Positions 56,360-63,985 of a DNA stretch of 64,000 bases are shown here, in pieces; the first letter of the stretch is position 1; each line of letters opens with the position of its first letter. The stretch spans positions 2,317 to 66,316 of the forward strand of contig JAVBMD010000012.1 in the NCBI GenBank assembly GCA_031552825.1, in the 5' to 3' direction. Source of the DNA: Eubacteriales bacterium. Its GTDB lineage: Bacteria; Bacillota; Clostridia; Christensenellales; Aristaeellaceae. The position numbers and the translations under genes were made by a program. Below the pieces are notes generated by a model, which saw only the letters and a program-made list of their open reading frames with translations, made no database searches and was not told the DNA's origin.

Positions 56360-57109
56360 ATGGCGAAGAAGGTTCTGTTGGCCGGTGAATCCTGGAGCAG
56401 CTACACCACCCACGTCAAGGGCTTCGATTCCTTCTACACCTCGGTCTACGAGGAAGGCGCGGCCACCCTCATCGCCGCGCTGGAAAAGGGCGGCTTCGAT
56501 GTGACCTACCTGCCCAACCATCGCGCGGTACACGAGTTCCCCTTTACGGTGGAGGAACTGTTGAAGTACGACTGCGTGATCCTCTCCGACATCGGCTCCA
56601 ACACCCTGCTGCTGCACCCCGACGTGTTCTCCAAGAGCAAGCGCATCCCCAACCGCTGCCAAACGGTGCGCGACTACGTGCTGGCTGGCGGTTCGCTGCT
56701 GATGGTCGGCGGGTACATGGCGTTCAGCGGCGTGGATGCCAAGGCCAAGTATGGCCGCACCGCCATACAGGACGTGTTGCCGGTGAAGTGCCTCGACTAT
56801 GACGACCTGATGGAACACCCCGAAGGGCTGACCCCGGTGGTGGTGGCAAAGGATCACGCGTCGCTCAAGAACGTGCCCGCCAATTGGCCGCACTTCCTCG
56901 GCTACAACCGTACCGTCGCCCTGCCCGAGGGCGAGGTGGTGATGACCATCGACGGCGATCCGTTCATCGCGTTCCGCGATTGCGGCAAGGGCCGCGCCGG
57001 GATGTTCGGCTCCGATTGCGCGCCGCACTGGGGGCCGCCGGAGTTTGTGAGCTGGGAAGGCTATGATCCGCTGTGGCAGGGCATCGTGGGGTATTTGACG
57101 CGGAGCTAA
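56360..57109 (+). CDS. Class-I glutamine-amidotransferase-like (ThuA/DUF1355-like fold) protein, function unknown
   Basis: Start ATG 56360 (AAGGAGG upstream). The pattern KVLLAGESW...YDCVILSDIG...GGSLLMVGGY suggests a GATase1-like fold. The assignment is weak. Confidence 0.35.
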   Translation: MAKKVLLAGESWSSYTTHVKGFDSFYTSVYEEGAATLIAALEKGGFDVTYLPNHRAVHEFPFTVEELLKYDCVILSDIGSNTLLLHPDVFSKSKRIPNRCQTVRDYVLAGGSLLMVGGYMAFSGVDAKAKYGRTAIQDVLPVKCLDYDDLMEHPEGLTPVVVAKDHASLKNVPANWPHFLGYNRTVALPEGEVVMTIDGDPFIAFRDCGKGRAGMFGSDCAPHWGPPEFVSWEGYDPLWQGIVGYLTRS

Positions 57110-57146
57110 GGAGGCGCAAGCCTCCTGCCACTAGAAAGGAACGCCC

Positions 57147-58268
57147 ATGGAACAACTGCTCAATGACCTCCTGCGCATCCCCACCGCCAACCCGCCGGGC
57201 AACGAGCGCGCGCTGGCGACGTTCATCGCGGAGCACCTGCGCGATACGCCCTGCGAGGTATCCTGCCAAGACGTGGCCGAGGGGCGCGCAAATGTGACGG
57301 CCATCCTGCGCGGCAAATCGCGGGAAAACGCGCTGTTGCTGAACGGGCACTTGGATACCGTGCCCTTCGGCGCAGGCTGGGATACCGACCCCATCGAGCC
57401 AGTGCGGGACGGCGATTGGCTCCGCGCGCGCGGCGCAAGCGATATGAAGAGCGGGCTGGCGGCGATGCTGTACGCCTTCCGGCAGTTCGCGCTCGGCGGT
57501 AAGCAGCCGGAGCGCGACGTGATCTTCCTCGGCACTGCCGACGAGGAGGCCTACGGGCTTGGCGCGCACGCGGCGGGCAAGGCCGGGCTACTGGCGCACG
57601 TGGGCACCGCGATCATCGGCGAGCCCACTGGCAACCGCATCGGCGTCGCCTCCAAGGGCGTGCTGTGGCTCCAGGTGCAAGCGGCGGGGCGCACCTGCCA
57701 CGGCGCGTACCCGGATCGCGGCATCAACGCGGTGCGTCTGGCGGTCTCGCTGGCTGACGGCATCGAAAGCCTTTTGGCCGGGCAGCGTCACCCGCTGCTG
57801 GGGAATTCGACCTGTACCATCACGCAGATCAGCGGCGGCATCAAGATCAACATGGTGCCCGACGCCTGCGATATGCTGCTGGACATCCGCGCCACGCCGG
57901 GCGTGGATCAGGACGGACTGCTGCAGGACGCGCTGGGCCTAGCCGAAATGCTGGAGCGTGCGCACCCCGGCGCGCGCATAACCCTCACGGCGCTGACCAA
58001 CCGCCCGCCTGTGCTGGCCGAAGCGGACGGCGCAGCGGTGCGTCGGCTGGGCGAGATCGTGGGCGGCGTCACCGGAAGGCAGGCGGAGCATACCGGCACG
58101 GCGTTCTTCAGCGACGCGTCGGTGTTCTGCCGGTACAAGGCGGCGGAGTACATCCTGTTCGGCCCCGGGGAGAGCGATCAGGCGCATCAGCCCAACGAGC
58201 GGGTTTCTCTTGCGCAGTACCGGCAGGCGGTGGCGGTGTACCAACAGGTGCTGGCGGAGATGGCGTGA
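57147..58268 (+). CDS. M20-family metallohydrolase (ArgE/DapE-type), second paralog
   Basis: ..LLLNGHLDTVP.., ..RGASDMKSG.. and ..GTADEE.. motifs. Confidence 0.75.
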   Translation: MEQLLNDLLRIPTANPPGNERALATFIAEHLRDTPCEVSCQDVAEGRANVTAILRGKSRENALLLNGHLDTVPFGAGWDTDPIEPVRDGDWLRARGASDMKSGLAAMLYAFRQFALGGKQPERDVIFLGTADEEAYGLGAHAAGKAGLLAHVGTAIIGEPTGNRIGVASKGVLWLQVQAAGRTCHGAYPDRGINAVRLAVSLADGIESLLAGQRHPLLGNSTCTITQISGGIKINMVPDACDMLLDIRATPGVDQDGLLQDALGLAEMLERAHPGARITLTALTNRPPVLAEADGAAVRRLGEIVGGVTGRQAEHTGTAFFSDASVFCRYKAAEYILFGPGESDQAHQPNERVSLAQYRQAVAVYQQVLAEMA

Positions 58269-58285
58269 GCCTGCGATTGCATAAC

Positions 58286-58327
58286 AAAAAAAAACGATCT
58301 GTCGCAGTTGAGACGGATCGTTTTTTT
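58286..58327. terminator. Bidirectional terminator between the convergent LacI-nucleoside and BMC operons
   Basis: A-run, then stem AACGATC..GATCGTT, then T-run (AAAAAAAAACGATC...GATCGTTTTTTT). Confidence 0.6.
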
Positions 58328-58394
58328 GCGGAAATAACTGCGCGGTTATTGTGGTGCGTTTAGTGAACAGCAAGCGCAGCACCGTCTCACCCTT

Positions 58395-58658
58395 TCACAG
58401 TGTCTCCGGATCGATGATGCCCGCGATGGTCGTATCGCTTGGCGGCGGCGCTTCGCGGCCAAACATCAGGGCGGCTTCGGCGCGGCCGATCAGGTAGACG
58501 GTATCGCCGATACCGGCCTGCCGCGTGCCGTCGCAGGCAATAATCAGCCCTTTTTCCTCGCCGTTGATGAGCTGGCGAACCACCATGAGCTTGATGCCCT
58601 CCAGCGTCGGCGTTTTGACGGTGCAGACCACCGTGCCGACCACCCTGCCGATATTCAA
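58395..58658 (-). CDS. BMC-P (EutN/CcmL family) microcompartment vertex protein, paralog 4
   Basis: TTG start 58658 (GGGAGG 7 nt upstream). (L)NIGRVVGTVVCTVK...AGIGDTVYL. Confidence 0.8.
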   Translation of the reverse strand: MNIGRVVGTVVCTVKTPTLEGIKLMVVRQLINGEEKGLIIACDGTRQAGIGDTVYLIGRAEAALMFGREAPPPSDTTIAGIIDPETL

Positions 58659-58682
58659 AGCGCCGACCTCCCTTGGCATTTG

Positions 58683-58976
58683 CTACCCATGGCACCGCGT
58701 CGTCTTGCCCTGACAGGTAAACGAATCGACCACACCGCAGACCGTGACGCTGGCGATAAGGGTTTTATCGCCCATCACCATCTGCGCCGCGCCGCCGTCG
58801 TTGTTGATGAGCACGATATCGCCGATGCCCGCGTTGGCGGCGTCCAGCGCCACCACTTCCTCTCCGGCCTCGGCCAGCGACAGATCCAGCGGACGCACGC
58901 GGAGCATCTTCATGCCCCGGTAGCGTTCGTACTTGATGGTGGAAACCACTGTGCCGGTTACGCGCGCTAATTTCAT
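58683..58976 (-). CDS. BMC-P (EutN/CcmL family), paralog 3
   Basis: MKLARVTGTVVSTIK...DAANAGIGDIVLI. Confidence 0.85.
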   Translation of the reverse strand: MKLARVTGTVVSTIKYERYRGMKMLRVRPLDLSLAEAGEEVVALDAANAGIGDIVLINNDGGAAQMVMGDKTLIASVTVCGVVDSFTCQGKTTRCHG

Positions 58977-59284
58977 GGCACATCGACCGCCTTGGCTTTG
59001 TCATATTTGCGGGCGCCCAGAATGTCCACATAATCCACGATGCCGATGATGGTGCTGTCTACAGGCTTGCCGGTGGTCAGCTCGGTTTGGCGCGAGGAAC
59101 TGCCGCCTGCCCACATCACGATCTCGCCCACCCCCGCGCCCACCGTGTCCACGGTGACGAAGGGCGCGCCTTTCTCCTGCATGGTGTCCATATCGATGGG
59201 CACGGCGACCAGCAGCTTCAGCCCTTGAAGACGCTCGGATTTGCGCGTGCTCACCACGGAGCCGATTATTCTTGCCAGCTGCAT
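58973..59284 (-). CDS. BMC-P (EutN/CcmL family), paralog 2
   Basis: MQLARIIGSVVSTRK...DTVGAGVGEIVMW, with the C-terminal extension ..ARKYDKAKAVDVP. Confidence 0.85.
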   Translation of the reverse strand: MQLARIIGSVVSTRKSERLQGLKLLVAVPIDMDTMQEKGAPFVTVDTVGAGVGEIVMWAGGSSSRQTELTTGKPVDSTIIGIVDYVDILGARKYDKAKAVDVP

Positions 59285-59589
59285 GCGTTACGCTCCTTTG
59301 CCTTATCGTATGTCCGGACGCCGCGCATCTCGATGCTGTCCAGAATGGCGAAGATCGAGTAATCCGAAGCCACCTGCTTGCTGCTCTCGGTTTGCCGGGC
59401 GGAACTGCCGTAGGCGCACATCACCAAATCGCCCACGCCCGCGCCGATATCGTCCACGCAGACCACGTAATCGTCCTGCATGCCCAGCGTATCCAGCGCC
59501 ACCGGCTGCACGATGAGCAGCTTGGTGCCGGTCAGCGCGGCCACCTTGCTAGAGCTGACGACATTGCCGGTCACTCTGCCTACCAACAT
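59266..59589 (-). CDS. BMC-P (EutN/CcmL family), paralog 1
   Basis: Start ATG 59589 (GGAGGG upstream). MLVGRVTGNVVSSSK...DDIGAGVGDLVMC, with the C-terminal extension ..VRTYDKAKERN.. Confidence 0.85.
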   Translation of the reverse strand: MLVGRVTGNVVSSSKVAALTGTKLLIVQPVALDTLGMQDDYVVCVDDIGAGVGDLVMCAYGSSARQTESSKQVASDYSIFAILDSIEMRGVRTYDKAKERNACSWQE

Positions 59590-59614
59590 GCGTTTCCCTC
59601 CCCGCGGTGATTTT

Positions 59615-60634
59615 TCAATCGGCACGCATCGGCTGGGTGCTGCCGCGCACCACCAGCCGCCCCGCCAGCCGCACCCGCATGGTCGGCCAATCGGGATACT
59701 TGATGCGCCTGCGCAGCGTATCCACCGCCAGCTCGCCCATGGCCGAGCGGGAGATGTTCATCGTGGTCAGCGCGGGCATGGTCATCGCGCTGAAGGGGAT
59801 ATCGTCGACGCCGATGATCGATACATCTTCCGGGATGCGGTAGCCCGCTTCCTGAATCGCCTTCATCGCGCCGATGGCCACGGTGTCGTTATCAGCCACC
59901 AGCGCGCCGCAGGGCACATACTCCCTCGCCTCCAGCAGCCGCTTCATGTCCAGATAAGCGTCCTGCAGCGTGGGCATCACCGAAGCGGGCGGCGGCGGCG
60001 TCAGCCCCAGCTTCTCCATCTCGCGCAGGTAGCCTTGGTAGCGCTCCTGACAGTTGCGGATCGGCAGGCTAAAGCGGACATAGCCGATCGCACGGTGGCC
60101 AATGCTGTGCAGGTAGCGCACCGCCTCGGCGCTGATGGCCTCGTTGTCCATCACCACGCTATCGATGCGCATCTCGTTCATGCCGTTATCGAACACCACG
60201 GTAGGCACGGTAATCAGATCCAGCAGCTTGTAGTTGTTCTCGTTCAGCTCGGTACCCATCAGGATCACGCCGTCGGGCGGGGTAGCCATCAGCTCGCGCA
60301 GCGTCTCCTCGGCGGTGCTCTCCCTGCAGTTGACCATCGCCAGATCATAGCCGTAATGGCGGCACTTGCTCTCGATCTGGTCGATGATGGAAGCAATGAA
60401 GCCCTGATTTTCCTCGATGGCGATGCCGTGGGTGCAAAACTTGACCACGCACAGGCGGGAGCGCTTGCGCTTGGTGCTGCCGCGCTTATGCCCCGGCACG
60501 ATGTAGTGATTCGCCTCAATGACGGCCTGCACGCGCCGCCTTGTCTCCTCGCTGACACCCTTTTTGTTGTTGATGACCAGCGAAACCGCTGCCGGAGAGA
60601 CCCCTGCTAAGTTGGCAATTTCCCTGATCGTCAT
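59615..60634 (-). CDS. LacI family transcriptional regulator embedded in the BMC locus
   Basis: HTH MTIREIANLAGVSPAAVSLVINNK plus a sugar-binding fold. Confidence 0.85.
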   Translation of the reverse strand: MTIREIANLAGVSPAAVSLVINNKKGVSEETRRRVQAVIEANHYIVPGHKRGSTKRKRSRLCVVKFCTHGIAIEENQGFIASIIDQIESKCRHYGYDLAMVNCRESTAEETLRELMATPPDGVILMGTELNENNYKLLDLITVPTVVFDNGMNEMRIDSVVMDNEAISAEAVRYLHSIGHRAIGYVRFSLPIRNCQERYQGYLREMEKLGLTPPPPASVMPTLQDAYLDMKRLLEAREYVPCGALVADNDTVAIGAMKAIQEAGYRIPEDVSIIGVDDIPFSAMTMPALTTMNISRSAMGELAVDTLRRRIKYPDWPTMRVRLAGRLVVRGSTQPMRAD

Positions 60635-60689
60635 ATCGGTATCATCCGTCCTATTCTTTGACTACACGCGCTCGTGCAAACATTTTCTT

Positions 60690-60717
60690 GCTGCTCCCCG
60701 CTTCGCGGGGGAGCAGC
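60690..60717 (-). terminator. Hairpin directly after dhaL (copy C of the recurring hairpin family)
   Basis: GCTGCTCCCC / GCTTCGC / GGGGGAGCAGC. No clear U-tract. Confidence 0.4.
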
Positions 60718-60718
60718 T

Positions 60719-61345
60719 TCAATCATCGTTTACCGCGCGCACAAAGCCCTGCATCAGCAGTGCCGCCACCGCCGCACCCGGATCGAGGTATTCCCGCGAT
60801 TGCTCGCCGTGGATGGCCATGCGGCCGTGCTTGGCGAGCATGCCGCGCGTGGCGAGGAATGCGGCGTCGGCGGCATCGGCGGCGGCCTGCGCGGCCTTGG
60901 GCAGATCGCCTGACTGCGCCTGCAGGATCTGCACCGCCGGGTGCAGCCCGTCGAGAAAGGTTTTCTCGCCCAGCTGCGCCTTGCCCCGGGTCTGCACGGC
61001 GTCGTAATACCCTTGGAAGAAGGTCGCCCAGAAGGCACTTTCCGCCAGCTTGGCATCCTTCTCGGCGTCCTTGAGCGCTTTGGCCGCGCCCATCAGGCCG
61101 CTGGCCATCAGCGTGCCCATGGTGGAGGGTACGGCGGCGCCTATGGCCTTGCCCGCCGCGTAGATCAGCTTGGCGGCGTCGGTCTCCGGCGATTCGCGCA
61201 CGGCCTCGTAGGCGGCGCGAAAGCCGTCGGCCATGGTAAGGCCTAGGTCGCTATCCCCGACCATGCCGTCCAGCTCGATGAGGCGCTGTTTGTTTTCTTG
61301 CATGAGCTCCGCCCAGGTTTTAAGCAGCGTGCGGATTTCGGTCAT
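60719..61345 (-). CDS. dhaL: Dihydroxyacetone kinase subunit L (ADP-binding, Dak2 domain)
   Basis: ..LDGMVGDSDLGLTMADGF.. and the ..GTLMASGLMGAA.. Dak2 pattern. Confidence 0.8.
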   Translation of the reverse strand: MTEIRTLLKTWAELMQENKQRLIELDGMVGDSDLGLTMADGFRAAYEAVRESPETDAAKLIYAAGKAIGAAVPSTMGTLMASGLMGAAKALKDAEKDAKLAESAFWATFFQGYYDAVQTRGKAQLGEKTFLDGLHPAVQILQAQSGDLPKAAQAAADAADAAFLATRGMLAKHGRMAIHGEQSREYLDPGAAVAALLMQGFVRAVNDD

Positions 61346-61357
61346 GAACTGGCCTCC

Positions 61358-62374
61358 TTACAGCGCGAACTGCCGATAAAACGGCGTGTCGGCGGCAGCG
61401 GAAAGATACCGTTTGAGCTCGTCATCGACCTTGAGCAGCGAGATCGACGCACCGGCCATCTCCATCGAGGTGGCAAATTCGCCGATAAACGGGCGGAAAA
61501 CCTTGATGCCGCGCTGATCCAGCACCTGCTTCACGCGGCGGTACATCACGTACAGTTCCTCCGGCGGCGTCGCGCCCAAGCCGTTGATGAGCACCGCGAC
61601 CTCATCGCCCGCCGTGTAGGGCAGATCGCTAAGGATCGGCGCCAGCATCTCGTCGACGACGGCGTCTGCGGGTTGAATCTTGCCGCGCCGCACCCCCGGC
61701 TCGCCGTGGATGCCCATGCCGATCTCCATTTCGTCCTCGCCGATCTCAAAGCTGGGGCGGCCGACGCGCGGCACCGTGCAACTGAACAGCGCTACGCCCA
61801 TGGTACGCACATTGGCGCACACCTTGTCGGCCACGCGCTTGACGGCTTCCAGATCCGCGCCCTCGGCGGCGGCGGCGCCCGCGCACTTGAACACGAAGAA
61901 GATGCCCGCCACGCCGCGGCGCTTGTTGGCCTCGCCGGGCAGCGGCGCGGGGCCTGCCACATCCTCGCCCGCCACACAGGTCAGCGTGCGGATGCTCTCC
62001 TCAAAATCCGCCATCTCGGCGGCGCTGTCGAAGTTGAAGATGTCTCCGTTGTAGTTGCCGTAAATATAGAGCACGCCCGCGCCTTGGTCGATGTGCTTGG
62101 TCACGGCCAGAATTTGCTCGGCGCTGGGCGATTGGAACACGTCGCCGATGGCGCAGCCGTCGAGCATGCCCTCGCCCACGTAACCGAGAAACAGCGGCAG
62201 ATGACCGGAGCCGCCGCCGGTCATCAACCCGACCTTGCCCGCGTGGGTGCGCGCGCTGACCAGGCAATGAAGGTCTCCGTCCACGCAGGTCAACGCCTCG
62301 GAGTGCGCGGCGTAGATGCCCTCCAACATTTCCGGAACGAACCGCTCCGCGCTGTTCATGATCTTTTTCATCAT
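61358..62374 (-). CDS. dhaK: Dihydroxyacetone kinase subunit K (Dak1 domain)
   Basis: ..VGLMTGGGSGHLPLFLGYVGEGMLDGCAIGDVFQSPS.. is the canonical Dak1 motif. Confidence 0.85.
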   Translation of the reverse strand: MMKKIMNSAERFVPEMLEGIYAAHSEALTCVDGDLHCLVSARTHAGKVGLMTGGGSGHLPLFLGYVGEGMLDGCAIGDVFQSPSAEQILAVTKHIDQGAGVLYIYGNYNGDIFNFDSAAEMADFEESIRTLTCVAGEDVAGPAPLPGEANKRRGVAGIFFVFKCAGAAAAEGADLEAVKRVADKVCANVRTMGVALFSCTVPRVGRPSFEIGEDEMEIGMGIHGEPGVRRGKIQPADAVVDEMLAPILSDLPYTAGDEVAVLINGLGATPPEELYVMYRRVKQVLDQRGIKVFRPFIGEFATSMEMAGASISLLKVDDELKRYLSAAADTPFYRQFAL

Positions 62375-62392
62375 AACGCTCTCCCGGCGTTC

Positions 62393-62818
62393 TTACAGAA
62401 CGCCCTTTTTCAAAATGATGCAAGCATACAGTGACCGCTCGCCGGTGGCCACGCAGGCATACGCCTTGCGCGCACGCTCATAGAAGGCGAAGCGCTCCAC
62501 CTGCTCGATCTGAACATTGGCCTGATGCTTATCCACGACCTCGCGGAACTCCCGCCAAATCGGCGGATCCCCGACGAGCGTGCCCGGCACCACTTGCATC
62601 AGCGACACCGGCGCCTCCACAAAATTATCCAGCGGGAACAGGCTAAGTACCGCGTCCAGCAGCGCGACGCCACCGTGCCCGTCCTCGCGGACGCAGCGCT
62701 GCCCCATGCTCTGCGCAGGGAAGTTGGCATCGCCAATAACCAACTCGTCGCCATGCCCCATCTCGGCCAGAATCTTGAGCAGCTCCGGCGAAATCAGAGG
62801 CGAAATTCCTTTTAGCAT
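62393..62818 (-). CDS. RbsD/FucU family sugar mutarotase/pyranase
   Basis: Start ATG 62818 (GAGGAGGAA upstream). MLKGISPLISPELLKILAEMGHGDELVIGDANFP is the typical FucU/RbsD N-terminus. Confidence 0.8.
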   Translation of the reverse strand: MLKGISPLISPELLKILAEMGHGDELVIGDANFPAQSMGQRCVREDGHGGVALLDAVLSLFPLDNFVEAPVSLMQVVPGTLVGDPPIWREFREVVDKHQANVQIEQVERFAFYERARKAYACVATGERSLYACIILKKGVL

Positions 62819-62867
62819 AGTTTTCCTCCTCAGTGCAACACTGCCCGACACGTTGCCGCAGGGGATA

Positions 62868-63019
62868 GAATCCCTCCACCGCTCACGCGGTTCCCCTCCC
62901 TTTGACAAGGGAGGCTTTTGGCTCGATTGAGCAGCATTGTCAGCTATAGATATTTTGCACCAGCCCCAAGCCGCCCTTGTTAAAGGGAGGGGGACCGCCC
63001 GCAGGCGGTGGAGGGATTC
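62868..63019. repeat. Composite inverted repeat: two 44-46-nt arms separated by 62 nt, between BMC-H and fucU-like genes
   Basis: The reverse complement of 62868-62911 matches 62974-63019 except in the loops of the small internal hairpins. Each arm itself contains two short GC hairpins. Confidence 0.7.
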
Positions 63020-63028
63020 CGCGCCTCC

Positions 63029-63304
63029 TTACGCCTTGGGCAGAATCGCTTCCACATCATCATGCGGACGCGGGATCACATGTACGCTCACCAGCTCGCC
63101 CACGCGCTTGGCCGCCAAGCTGCCTGCTTCCACCGCCGCCTTGACCGCGCCAACATCGCCGCGCACCATGACGCTCACCAGACCGCCGCCCACGTGCTCC
63201 TTGCCGATCAAGTGTACGTTCGCGGCCTTGACCATCGCGTCCGCCGCCTCAATCGAGGCCACCAGCCCCTTCGTTTCCACCATACCCAATGCCTGCTTCT
63301 CCAT
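63029..63304 (-). CDS. BMC-H shell protein (PduA/EutM type, Pfam00936-like)
   Basis: [26 protein letters not shown]...[23 protein letters not shown]. Confidence 0.9.
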   Translation of the reverse strand: MEKQALGMVETKGLVASIEAADAMVKAANVHLIGKEHVGGGLVSVMVRGDVGAVKAAVEAGSLAAKRVGELVSVHVIPRPHDDVEAILPKA

Positions 63305-63327
63305 GTTGTTGCTCCTTTCGAGGCGGT

Positions 63328-63630
63328 TTACGCCTTGCTCTTTGCTACCTTTGCCGCCGGATCACCGGGCAGCACGCCCTCCACGTCGCCGTGGGGACGC
63401 GGGATCACGTGTACGCTGACCAGCTCGCCCACGCGCTTGGCCGCTAGGCTGCCAGCTTCCACCGCCGCCTTGACCGCGCCCACATCGCCGCGCACCATCA
63501 CTGTTACCAACCCGCCGCCCACGTGCTCCTTGCCGAGCAAGTGAACGTTGGCGGCCTTCACCATGGCATCCGCCGCCTCAATGGCGGCCACCAGGCCGCG
63601 GGTTTCGATCATGCCCAAAGCTTCCTGCAT
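63328..63630 (-). CDS. BMC-H shell protein, tandem near-duplicate
   Basis: Start ATG 63630 (AGGAG upstream). [26 protein letters not shown]... differs at 5 residues over about 77 core positions from the neighbouring copy. Confidence 0.9.
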   Translation of the reverse strand: MQEALGMIETRGLVAAIEAADAMVKAANVHLLGKEHVGGGLVTVMVRGDVGAVKAAVEAGSLAAKRVGELVSVHVIPRPHGDVEGVLPGDPAAKVAKSKA

Positions 63631-63658
63631 ACGATCTACTCCTATCTTATGGTTTCTT

Positions 63659-63690
63659 GCTGTTCCCCCCGCGAAACGGGGAAAAACAGC
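63659..63690 (-). repeat. Inter-shell-gene hairpin (copy D of the recurring hairpin family)
   Basis: GCTGTTCCCCCC / GCGAAAC / GGGGAAAAACAGC. Its flanks TTTCTTGCTG.. and ..CAGCTTCAATCATCG are shared with copy C. Confidence 0.5.
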
Positions 63691-63706
63691 TTCAATCATC
63701 GCTCCC

Positions 63707-63985
63707 CTAGAGCAAAGCTTCCACTATATCCCGATGGGGCGAGGGGATCACCACGCTGGATCCGATCAGCCCCTTGGAATCCTCGTTTGCCTCGACGGCC
63801 TGCACCGCCGCCTCCACCGCCGAAACCTGCCCCGTGAAGATCACGAAGGACTTGCCGCCCAGCCCGCGCCCCAAGCGCACCTCGATCAGCTCAACCGCCG
63901 CCGTCTTAACGGCGATATCGGCGGCACTGATGCTGCTGGCCAGCGAAAAAGTTTCGATCAGCCCCAGCGCCTGCGCACCCTCCAC
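63707..63985 (-). CDS. Divergent BMC-H-like shell protein (start uncertain; frame stays open to the window edge)
   Basis: (V)[33 protein letters not shown]...[20 protein letters not shown] matches the BMC domain pattern. The start is GTG at 63985, or the protein is longer (possibly tandem-domain) and continues beyond 64000. Confidence 0.65.
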   Translation of the reverse strand: MEGAQALGLIETFSLASSISAADIAVKTAAVELIEVRLGRGLGGKSFVIFTGQVSAVEAAVQAVEANEDSKGLIGSSVVIPSPHRDIVEALL

